Assembly: GCA_963827755.1 (NCBI GenBank)
Contig: CAWHCQ010000004.1
Location: 96,001 to 160,000, forward strand
Origin: an uncultured Gammaproteobacteria bacterium
GTDB lineage: Bacteria; Pseudomonadota; Gammaproteobacteria; UBA9214
Direction of reading: 5' to 3'
DNA length: 64,000 bases
This document shows, in pieces, positions 51,657 through 60,368 of this stretch (positions are counted from its first letter, which is position 1; the number at the start of each line of letters is the position of its first letter). The translations under genes were made by a program, and so were the position numbers. A model generated the notes under the pieces. The model had not been told where the DNA came from. It was given only the letters and a program-made list of their open reading frames with translations, and did not search any database.

Positions 51657-52835
51657 CGTTATCTCAAACCTTGTTCCCTGGCAGCCTGCAGCGGAAACCT
51701 GCTGCTGTTCGTGGTTGCAGTGATTGCAATTTCAGGCGCTGGTATATTGTCTGCCGATACACCCATGCAGCATGGCTCTCCTGCCGCTGTAGCCGATTTG
51801 CCCGTGATCAGGCTGGATCAAACCAGGTCACTGGCGCAGACGCTGGAGCAAATTGACGATGCGCGGGTGGTGCTGGTCGGCGAAACGCACACGCGCTACG
51901 ACCACCACCTGGTCCAGCTGGAAATATTGAAGCATTTATACCAGAAATCCGCAAAACTCGCGCTGGGTGTCGAGTGGTTTCAACAACCTTTCCAGCAGCA
52001 CCTGGATGATTACATTGCCGGCAAAATCTCCGAGAAGGACATGCTCCAGCGTACTGAATATTTCACTCGCTGGGCTTACGATTACCGCCTTTACCGGCCA
52101 ATAATCCAGTATGCCCGCGAGCATGCCATTCCGGTGATTGCGCTCAATGCCTCACGGGAATTGATCGCGGCCCTGGGTGAGAAGGGATTCGATGACTTGC
52201 CGGACGAATTGCAGGCACAGTTACCAGCGAGCTATGACTGGTCTGACAGGAACTACGAGCGCCGCCTGCGCGAGATGTTCGACATGCATTCGGAATATGC
52301 AGGTGAATTCGAGGACTTCCTGCGCAGCCAGCTCACCTGGGATGAAAGCATGGCCGGGCGGGCCGCACACTACCTGCAGCAGCACAAGGATGCACGCATG
52401 CTGGTTCTTGCCGGTAGCGGACATATTATGTACGGTTCCGGGATTCCTGATCGCATCAGGCGCCGCGTCCCGGTCAAGCAGTTCTCCATACTGGTGTCGG
52501 GAGACCATCACCCTGTCTCTGAAGGCATCGCGGATTTTCTGGTGTTGTCGGCAGAGCAGTCACTGGAGCCTGCCGGCCTTGTGGGCGCGTACCTGGAAGA
52601 CGAGGGCCGGCTGCTTGTCATCAGGGGTTTTTCGAATAACAGCGCCATTAAAGACGCCGGCCTGGAAAAGGGGGCCGTCATTATCGGCGTCAATGATGAA
52701 CCGGTAGAGAGTTTCGCTGACTTCAAGCTGGCGATGCTTGACAAGAAGCCGGACGACAGCATCGTGCTTCACTATCTTGACAGTGCAGACCGGGGCAGCA
52801 AAGAAAGGAAATCAGTTAATATCGAGCTCAGATGA
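51621..52835 (+). CDS. ChaN (haem-uptake, TIKI-fold) protein with C-terminal PDZ domain
   Basis: VLVGETH, LGVEWF, YRPI, QLTWDESMA, LAGSGH, PDZ-like C-terminus; start uncertain. Confidence 0.85.
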   Translation: MSQSGPACLKLHRYLKPCSLAACSGNLLLFVVAVIAISGAGILSADTPMQHGSPAAVADLPVIRLDQTRSLAQTLEQIDDARVVLVGETHTRYDHHLVQLEILKHLYQKSAKLALGVEWFQQPFQQHLDDYIAGKISEKDMLQRTEYFTRWAYDYRLYRPIIQYAREHAIPVIALNASRELIAALGEKGFDDLPDELQAQLPASYDWSDRNYERRLREMFDMHSEYAGEFEDFLRSQLTWDESMAGRAAHYLQQHKDARMLVLAGSGHIMYGSGIPDRIRRRVPVKQFSILVSGDHHPVSEGIADFLVLSAEQSLEPAGLVGAYLEDEGRLLVIRGFSNNSAIKDAGLEKGAVIIGVNDEPVESFADFKLAMLDKKPDDSIVLHYLDSADRGSKERKSVNIELR

Positions 52836-52891
52836 AATACCGGTATCTAAAGCACAGTCACCGGGTCCGTCGCGTTGCTCCTTGATCCGGC

Positions 52892-54076
52892 CTACACGGC
52901 TGAACCTCGATTGCGCGGGCCAAGTCGCAATATCAGATAACCCAGGATCCCGGATGCAAGCGACCCCGCCAGGATGCCGACCCGGTCATCCACGGCAATA
53001 TTCGACCCTCCCTGCTCGAAAGCGAGGGAACCGACGAATAAACTCATCGTAAAACCGATTCCGCAGAGTGATGCCACCCCATACAGCTGGAGCCAGCCCG
53101 CGTCCTGCGGGATTTTTGCAATACCGAGCCTTATTGCCAGCCAGCTGAGGCCGAACACGCCAAGCTGGTTACCAAAAAACAGGCCCGCCGCGATTCCGAG
53201 CGGAACAGGATGCAGCAGGTATTCAAGACTCATCGCCTCAACAGGGATACCGGCATTAGCAAATGCAAACAGCGGCAATATGCCAAACACAACGCTTGGG
53301 TGAAGGTCGTGCTCCAGCCTTTCCAGTTGTGTTTGCGATTCTCCCGGCGCTTTTTTGAAGGGTATAAAAAACGCTGTCAACACGCCTGCCAGTGTCGCGT
53401 GCACGCCCGATTTAAGAACAGACACCCACAGCACCAGTCCAACAAGAATATAGGGCGTCAGCCCCAGTACGTTCCTGCGGTTCAGGATAATCAATACCAT
53501 GACTGCAAATGCGGCGATCGATAAAGAGGCGATGGACAGGTCGGCAGTATAGAAAATTGCAATGATGATAATCGCCCCCAGGTCGTCAATGATCGCCAGT
53601 GTCATCAGGAACAATTTCAACGACTGCGGAATGCGGCTGCCAAGCAGCGCCAGAACACCCAGGGCAAAGGCTATATCCGTGGCCGATGGAATCGCCCAGC
53701 CCTTCAGTGCGACGGGATCTCCCCAGTTGATGTAGGAATAAATCGCCGCAGGAACAGCCATGCCGCCGATGGCTGCGATGATCGGCAGGATTACACGGGA
53801 AGGATCGGATAATTCACCTGCCAGGAACTCACGTTTGACTTCAAGGCCAATCACGAAAAAGAAGATGGCCATCAGCCCGTCGTTGATCCAGAGCAGCAGG
53901 GGTTTGGCAATTTCAAGTGTGCCAATTCTTACTTCAACCGGCGTTCCGAGCAAGGCGTCATAAAGACCTTTTGCAGCAGAGTTTTCAGCCACCATGGCAA
54001 GGATCGCGGCGATAAGCAGCAGCATCCCGCTTGCGGACTCAAGGCGTATGAATTCCTTGAGGGATTTCACAATCAT
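52892..54076 (-). CDS. nhaA: Na+/H+ antiporter NhaA
   Basis: [57 protein letters not shown]. Confidence 0.96.
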   Translation of the reverse strand: MIVKSLKEFIRLESASGMLLLIAAILAMVAENSAAKGLYDALLGTPVEVRIGTLEIAKPLLLWINDGLMAIFFFVIGLEVKREFLAGELSDPSRVILPIIAAIGGMAVPAAIYSYINWGDPVALKGWAIPSATDIAFALGVLALLGSRIPQSLKLFLMTLAIIDDLGAIIIIAIFYTADLSIASLSIAAFAVMVLIILNRRNVLGLTPYILVGLVLWVSVLKSGVHATLAGVLTAFFIPFKKAPGESQTQLERLEHDLHPSVVFGILPLFAFANAGIPVEAMSLEYLLHPVPLGIAAGLFFGNQLGVFGLSWLAIRLGIAKIPQDAGWLQLYGVASLCGIGFTMSLFVGSLAFEQGGSNIAVDDRVGILAGSLASGILGYLILRLGPRNRGSAV

Positions 54077-54209
54077 TGTTACGAAACCGTGTAATGTCGA
54101 TGACAGCAGAATATAACAAGGAATTGCTTTCGGTGCTGCATGCAATCGACCCGGAATGCGCGCCCGGACAGCCATGGACAGGAGGTTCGTATAAAAGGAC
54201 AACCGAGGG

Positions 54210-54547
54210 ATGAATTTCACCGATGAATCATCCGGCGACAAGGCGTTTCTGACGCGGGTACTTGAAGTCAGCATACGCATTGGCGTCGTCCTTCTCCTGG
54301 CAGCCCTGTGCTTCCAGATCGTACGACCCTTCCTGATCCCGGTGCTCTGGGGCATTATCATCGCGGACGCGGTGTCAGGGTTCCCATGCTCGTCATCTTC
54401 GCCGGCTCGATCGGCGGCTTCCTCAGCATGGGAATTATCGGGCTGTTTACGGGGGCGGTTGTGCTGGCGCTCGGTTACAAGTTGTTTCTCGCCTGGCTGC
54501 AGGGGAGTGCCAAGCCGGCGCAGCCGCAGGAAGAAGCGGAAAGCTGA
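54210..54547 (+). pseudogene. AI-2E family transporter remnant with large internal deletion
   Basis: N-terminus (...[13 protein letters not shown]) joined out of frame at ~54365 to the C-terminal [31 protein letters not shown]. Confidence 0.75.
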
Positions 54548-54666
54548 CTGGTACTCGAAGCGTTGCGGGGGTATATTAAAGTATAGATGTCGACCAACTT
54601 CGATTTTTCACGACGCACCCCGGCGTTGGAAAAAGCACTGCCCGCGTCTTGAATTATCATGAATGT

Positions 54667-54698
54667 CTGCTTAACTTAGCAGTGTGTGCTATCACACA
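54667..54698. promoter_or_regulatory. Two abutting palindromes upstream of zorA
   Basis: CTGCT-taactt-AGCAG followed directly by TGTGTG-ctat-CACACA. Confidence 0.4.
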
Positions 54699-54777
54699 GA
54701 TCCGCCATGCGGGCGTTGCTCCAACGTACTGGCTTGGCCAATATCTTCAATGATAACAATGGGTAAGGATAACCGCC

Positions 54778-56943
54778 ATGACACCTACGTCAACAATGTA
54801 TTTCACCCTCATCATTTCCATAATCATCGTAGTGCTGCTGTTCTATTTTCTTAGCAAGCCGACCACAAAAAATGTAGCGACAGCACCGTCCATACTGACC
54901 GGTATCGGTATCTTCGGAACATTTCTGGGTGTTGCCATCGGCTTAATGCATTTTGATGCCAGTGACGTCATAGCGGGGGTGCCGATATTCCTCAGCGGCA
55001 TCAAGCTGGCATTCTGGTCATCGGTCGTCGGTATCGGAGCCTCTTTGATTCACAAGGCCACGTTTACCATTAAACCCCTGCAGGAAGAATATATACAGGA
55101 TGAAATGGGAGTCAGTACCGTGTCGTCCTTGAAGGAAATTACCCAGTCACTGAACAATATCGAAAAGCAGAATGCGAAAGACGGCCTGGGTGAGTTTCTG
55201 CAATCATTTGGCGAGAAGCTGGAGGCCGGTTTATTACCTCCCGCCCGTGAAGAACAAAATTTCATATCGGTTGATGACATTAAAGTGGATGAAGCCGTTC
55301 TGATCGCGTTGCAGAACCTGAAAGAAGAACTGGCCAAAAACTCGGCCGATGAACAGAGCATTATAAAAGACCAGATGCAGCGCTTGCTGGACGAGCTGAA
55401 AGAAGACGCTGTTGCAGGGGGCAGGCAATCGGAAAGTTTACTGGAAGCATTAACGAGCCTGAAAGAAACCAATCAAGCCGAAGATGAAGCCGTGGCACTG
55501 GCGTTGAGTGAGTTGAAAGACGAACTGGCCAAAAACGCGGCAATGCAGTCCGACAGCCTGGTAGACGCGTTGGCGGGCCTCAAAGAAACCAATAAAGCTG
55601 AAGAAGCGGCCACTATCCTTGTATTGAATGAACTGAAAGACGAGCTGGCCAAAAACTCGGCGATGCAGTCCGACAACATGGTAGAAGCGTTGGCGGGCCT
55701 CAAAGAAACCAATAAAGCTGAAGAATCGGCCACTATCCATGTATTGAATGAATTGAAAGACGAGCTGGCCAAAAACTCGGCGATGCAGTCCGACAGCCTG
55801 GTAGACGCGTTGGCGGGCCTTAAAGAGACCAATCGTGCTGAAGATGAAACGGTTGTCGGAGCAGTAAGGGAGTTAAATGAAGAACTGGCCAAAAACTCGG
55901 CAAAGCTGTCAGAAAATATGCTCCAGACATTTGCGGGGCTTAGAGATAGCAACCGGGCTGAAGATGAAGCCATTGTCCTGGCATTGAAGGAGTTGAATGA
56001 TGAGCTGGCCAGGAACTCGGCAAACCTGTCAGAAAATATTCTACAGGCATTCGGGGGTCTGAAAGAAGACATCGGGGCTGGATCGGCAAAGGATCGCGAG
56101 GTATCCAAAGAACAGATGGAAGCCCTGTTTGCCGGGCTGACGAAGGCGGCGGCAAGTACCCTCACCGATTTATCCGACATTGCCGAAAATGCAATTTCCC
56201 AGGCAAAGTGGCAGGCTGCCAACCTGGCCAAGGAACTGTCAACGGCAAATGATACTTCCACCAAGTCGATGATAGCCATGCTCAAGGAAATTCTCGGGGC
56301 CACGGAAGATGCCAACTTTAAAATTACATCCGAACTGGCCAAGCTCAGGGGCGATGTAGCGGCCGACCTCAAGGTCACTACTGATCAGTCCAAGGCGCTG
56401 GCCGAGCAGCTCCATGCAATGACCGAGTCCTACAAGGCATCGCTCATCTCGACAGTAACGGACCTGAAGGCGCAGATATCCAAGGATATGAAGGCCAACT
56501 ATAACCTGATCGACACCTACACCAGGGCCGTGGCGGATGTTACCGGTACTAACCAGGTCGAAGCACTGGAGCGTATGGAGGGGATTGCAAATATCATGCA
56601 AAACGTCGTGCAGTCATCGTCGGACATGTCCACTTTGCTGCATGATAATGCTGCGGCGATGGATCGCATGCAGGAGGCCTTTACCGGTACAAATGAAGGG
56701 TCATTGGGGCGTTTCCTGCTCAACATGAATCAGGACCTGATTGACCATGTCACTTCATTGCAGCATTCACTGGATGCACAGGGCTCCCTCGGTACCTTGA
56801 TGCAGGATATGAACAATGAAACCAATCTCCGCCTGAAAGCAATGGAAAAGGCATTCGAAGGCTCGGTATTCGAAATCAAGCAGTTGCCGCAACAATTCGT
56901 GAAAGGCATGTCCAAGCTCGAGTCGAGCGGCAGGAATATTTAA
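54778..56943 (+). CDS. zorA: ZorA-like protein (MotA/TolQ/ExbB head plus long helical tail)
   Basis: Three TM helices, PSILTGIGIFGTFLGVAIGL..FD, GIKLAFWSSVVG, about 600-aa helical tail; abuts the MotB/OmpA gene. Confidence 0.8.
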   Translation: MTPTSTMYFTLIISIIIVVLLFYFLSKPTTKNVATAPSILTGIGIFGTFLGVAIGLMHFDASDVIAGVPIFLSGIKLAFWSSVVGIGASLIHKATFTIKPLQEEYIQDEMGVSTVSSLKEITQSLNNIEKQNAKDGLGEFLQSFGEKLEAGLLPPAREEQNFISVDDIKVDEAVLIALQNLKEELAKNSADEQSIIKDQMQRLLDELKEDAVAGGRQSESLLEALTSLKETNQAEDEAVALALSELKDELAKNAAMQSDSLVDALAGLKETNKAEEAATILVLNELKDELAKNSAMQSDNMVEALAGLKETNKAEESATIHVLNELKDELAKNSAMQSDSLVDALAGLKETNRAEDETVVGAVRELNEELAKNSAKLSENMLQTFAGLRDSNRAEDEAIVLALKELNDELARNSANLSENILQAFGGLKEDIGAGSAKDREVSKEQMEALFAGLTKAAASTLTDLSDIAENAISQAKWQAANLAKELSTANDTSTKSMIAMLKEILGATEDANFKITSELAKLRGDVAADLKVTTDQSKALAEQLHAMTESYKASLISTVTDLKAQISKDMKANYNLIDTYTRAVADVTGTNQVEALERMEGIANIMQNVVQSSSDMSTLLHDNAAAMDRMQEAFTGTNEGSLGRFLLNMNQDLIDHVTSLQHSLDAQGSLGTLMQDMNNETNLRLKAMEKAFEGSVFEIKQLPQQFVKGMSKLESSGRNI
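55441..56070 (+). repeat. Coding tandem repeat, 120-bp (40-aa) unit, about 5 copies
   Basis: Rows starting 55441/55561/55681/55801/55921 and 55501/55621/55741/55861/55981 align; unit approximately ALAGLKETNKAEE.A....LNELKDELAKNSAMQSDSLVD. Confidence 0.9.
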
Positions 56944-57909
56944 ATGTCTACACTGGTGGCAGGAAAAAACAGGCCCCCTGCAGGACAGGGAGACGATGAC
57001 TGGATCTCGGTCAGTGACTTGATGAGTGCACTGATGATGATATTTTTGTTGCTGGCCGTGTTTTACATGATGTACCTGGACGAGGCGAATAAACTGCAGA
57101 GAATTGATGATGAGGACTATATTGCCAAAACAGTCGGCCTGGAAACCAAGCTGGCGAGTGTTGAATCAAGGGTAGCCGAGCAGGCAAGGCTTTTACTCGA
57201 GCTCGACAGTAAAAATGCTGAAAAGGATAAACTTCTTTCAGAAGCGACCAATCAACTGGCGTTAATTCAAAAAGACAATGAATTAAAGCTCAGTAAATTC
57301 GATGCGGTGATCTCTGAAGCCGTGATTTATGAGGATGTTATCAAGGAGCTGCGTCAGAGCCTGCTAGGGGAGTTCAGTCAGGATCTGGATAAATGGAATG
57401 CTGAATTGCGTGATGACCTGACATTCAGATTTAATGAACCAAGGACCTTGTTTACTATTGGTGATGCGACACTCAGACCCAGGTTCAAGCGTATTCTGGA
57501 TGATTTCTTCCCGCGTTATCTCAAGGTCATTACCTCTGATCAATTCCGTAACGATATCGCTGAGGTACGTATCGAAGGTCACACCTCCAGCGTCTGGGGT
57601 GACTTGCCGCCCTATGGCCAGGAGGCCTATTTCAAGAATATGGAACTGTCACAGAACAGGTCGAGAAACACCCTCTATTATGTCACCGCGCTGCCGGAGG
57701 CAGAGCGCCATGCCGAATGGCTGAAATCAAAGTTAACAGCGAATGGCCTGTCGTCCTCAAAGCTCGTCGACAAAAACGGGTATTTTATAACCGACCACCG
57801 AAGTGATGGCGTCGAAAGCCTGAGAAATTCCCAACGCTCTGAATTCAGGGTAAGGATTGACGCAGAGTCAAAAATCACCAAGATCATTGATTCGGGGAAA
57901 ACTCAATAG
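56944..57909 (+). CDS. zorB: ZorB-like MotB/OmpA protein
   Basis: WISVSDLMSALMMIFLL (TM Asp), FFPRY, RIEGHTSS, NMELSQNRSR, ANGLSSSK. Confidence 0.82.
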   Translation: MSTLVAGKNRPPAGQGDDDWISVSDLMSALMMIFLLLAVFYMMYLDEANKLQRIDDEDYIAKTVGLETKLASVESRVAEQARLLLELDSKNAEKDKLLSEATNQLALIQKDNELKLSKFDAVISEAVIYEDVIKELRQSLLGEFSQDLDKWNAELRDDLTFRFNEPRTLFTIGDATLRPRFKRILDDFFPRYLKVITSDQFRNDIAEVRIEGHTSSVWGDLPPYGQEAYFKNMELSQNRSRNTLYYVTALPEAERHAEWLKSKLTANGLSSSKLVDKNGYFITDHRSDGVESLRNSQRSEFRVRIDAESKITKIIDSGKTQ

Positions 57910-58246
57910 CAAGACCGGGTTCAGAACACAGCTTCAATACCCGCAGGAAGAATCTCCCGGCCTGGCATTCACGCAGGAATCGCACGCGCAGTCGTATTTC
58001 ATTGCTCCGCTGGCGAACACTGATTGCCGCCGTCCACAATGTATCCGTAAAACCGGTGTAAAACCCCTCGGGAAATGTTATGCAGACAGCCGGCTATTGC
58101 GCAGGACGAATTCCTGTTCGATACTGCACCCAACGCGACCGGCACCTGCAGCAGTATCCGCCAGGAGGTGCCGGCATTGCCCTGGACTTCGACAAGCCAC
58201 GGGCCCGGCAACCACCTGCCGGGGCCGGGAATCAAGGAAAGTACCG

Positions 58247-58426
58247 ATGCAGATCTACAAGGATATATTCCGCGGTATGCTTGCCGGCCTGCTCGCGACC
58301 TGCCTTCTTTCCCTGCTGACGCTGAGCAGCGGCCTGGTCCCGCAATTTGACCTTGTAACCCTCTCCGGGCACCTGGTCTATGGCCTGGCACCGGGGGTTA
58401 TCTACCGCTGGCTGGCTCCGCGATAA
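58247..58426 (+). pseudogene. Short membrane-protein remnant (probably internally deleted)
   Basis: AAGGA RBS; GMLAGLLAT... and ...HLVYG look like the first and last helices of a multi-TM family, but the ORF is only 59 aa. Confidence 0.4.
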
Positions 58427-58431
58427 CAGTC

Positions 58432-59283
58432 ATGGATTTTCGTGATGCTCCGGAACGAATGCAATGCATGGAGGTCTGGGGCGGCAACCAGGGTGTTGAG
58501 CGAAGTTTCCAGACCGCCGGGCTGGACATCAGGGTATACAGTCGTCCGTATGGACAGGCCGCTTGCGGTGGTGATGTCTACTATCTTTCCTCCTGCGCCT
58601 CGGGACGTATTACGCGAATGCTGCTTGCCGATGTAAGCGGCCACGGTGAGGTGGTATCGCAGCTGGCTGGAGGCTTGCGCGACCTCATGCGGCGAAACAT
58701 CAATTTCGTAAAACAGGACCGTTTTGTGAGGGCGATGAATCTGCAGTTTACGGAATATGCAGATAAAGGTTGTTTTGCGACGACACTCGTCAGTACATTT
58801 TTCGCACCTACAAGGAGTTTTACCCTCTGCAACGCAGGACACCCGCCGCCACTGGTGTTTCGACAGGTCGACTCACAATGGTCGGAATTAACGCGCGAGC
58901 TGGAAGAAACAAATGAGGTGACGGATATACCGTTTGGAATCATGAATGAAGTCTGTTACAGCCACAATGAGCTGCGACTCCGGCCGGGTGACATGGTGCT
59001 TAGCTACAGTGACGCCATAATAGAGTCTACAGGCGCAGATGGTCGGCAACTTCACCAGGAGGGTGTACTGGATCTGGTTCGTGAACTCGACCTGCAAGAG
59101 CCTGAAAAGATCATTCCGGCGCTGGTTGAAAGTATCACGGGTTTATCAAATGATAACCTCAAGCAGGATGATGTAACGATTATGTTATGCCAGGCGACCG
59201 GTGGTGGCCCTGTGCTCAAAAACAGCCTGCTTGCGCCGTTCCGGATTTTCGGCAAGGTAACGGATCAAACGAAGATTGGCTGA
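58432..59283 (+). CDS. Stand-alone PP2C/SpoIIE Ser/Thr phosphatase
   Basis: GGDVY, LADVSGHG, NAGHPPP, YSDA, DDVT. Confidence 0.9.
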   Translation: MDFRDAPERMQCMEVWGGNQGVERSFQTAGLDIRVYSRPYGQAACGGDVYYLSSCASGRITRMLLADVSGHGEVVSQLAGGLRDLMRRNINFVKQDRFVRAMNLQFTEYADKGCFATTLVSTFFAPTRSFTLCNAGHPPPLVFRQVDSQWSELTRELEETNEVTDIPFGIMNEVCYSHNELRLRPGDMVLSYSDAIIESTGADGRQLHQEGVLDLVRELDLQEPEKIIPALVESITGLSNDNLKQDDVTIMLCQATGGGPVLKNSLLAPFRIFGKVTDQTKIG

Positions 59284-59537
59284 CCGGGGCTTGCATCGAT
59301 TGCTGTGAGCACGCTGTATAAACAGCAACATGTGGCACCCATGTTCCATGATTCTACAGGCAGGTAAACATTCGCGAAAAGGTGGCAAATCATGTACCGG
59401 CTTTTCGGCGGGTGGGGCATGCGTGGAATTGGCGCGTTTGATTTCAATGTGCTAATCGAGAAACAACTGAAGGACAAGTATGGCGAAGAAGAGGAGGGTA
59501 TTCATTAGACGTCGCGTCGATCAACTGCTCGAGCAGT

Positions 59538-60359
59538 TCAGATGCTGTCCGACGCCTGTTCCGTGGTGTGTTTGTTCGAGCCGCTGATGCCGCGTTCCTC
59601 CAGTGCCTCGATGAATCGTTCGGTGATGTCACTGGACAACAAGCGCTCCAGGCGTACATCGACGACATAGGCCTTGATTGTCAGGCGCAGCAGGAAGTTG
59701 TAGTCGTAACGCGACTCGACGGTAACGCTGACCGGTTTCTTCAGGAAGGTATACGGTGAAGCGATGGCGGCTTCCCTGGCCAGCGAGCGGGCTTCCTGTA
59801 TGGCTATACTGCGCGGCAAGTCGATGTTGACCACCACCATTTCCGACAGTTCACCGCTGTTCGCGTTGGCAACCGCGTTTTCCAGCACCGCCGAGTTCGG
59901 CACCATGATGACACTGTCGTCGAGCGTGTGCAGCCAGGTCACGCTGAGATCCATTCGGGTCACCTCGCCGTAGTGGCCCCCGAAGTGCACCATGTCCCCG
60001 ACCCGGAACGGAGGGTTGAATATCATCATCACTCCGGCGAGCAGGTTGCGCACACCGCCCTGCGCTGCGAGACCGACAGCCAGGCCCAGGGAGCCGAGTA
60101 CGGCAAACACGATTGTCTGCGGAGGTTTTATTACGCCGAAAATGATGTAGGCAATGACCAGGGACCAGATGAAAATGCGCAGTACCGGGTACATCTGTCC
60201 CATTTGCAGGCGATAGCGCGGAAAGCGCTTTATAAGCTGCTGCAGGCCTGCGTGAAGAACGCGCAATAACAGCCAGGCGAAGCCGATGACCAGGGCGCTC
60301 TGCAGCAACAGCGAAAACGAGAACAGTTCGGCAAGCTCGGCGAGGATATCTTCCTTCAT
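59538..60359 (-). CDS. Small-conductance mechanosensitive channel (MscS family)
   Basis: GLAVGLAAQ..VRNLLAG, PFRVGD, YGEV, VPN. Confidence 0.9.
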   Translation of the reverse strand: MKEDILAELAELFSFSLLLQSALVIGFAWLLLRVLHAGLQQLIKRFPRYRLQMGQMYPVLRIFIWSLVIAYIIFGVIKPPQTIVFAVLGSLGLAVGLAAQGGVRNLLAGVMMIFNPPFRVGDMVHFGGHYGEVTRMDLSVTWLHTLDDSVIMVPNSAVLENAVANANSGELSEMVVVNIDLPRSIAIQEARSLAREAAIASPYTFLKKPVSVTVESRYDYNFLLRLTIKAYVVDVRLERLLSSDITERFIEALEERGISGSNKHTTEQASDSI

Positions 60360-60368
60360 GCCCGTCTC

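Noticed and set aside
54077-54210. nhaA-I/II riboswitch upstream of nhaA
   Set aside because: I could not match the consensus by eye; cmscan is needed to exclude it formally.
55441-56070. 120-bp periodic repeats as a CRISPR array
   Set aside because: The units are contiguous, in frame and protein-coding, with no unique spacers and no cas genes.
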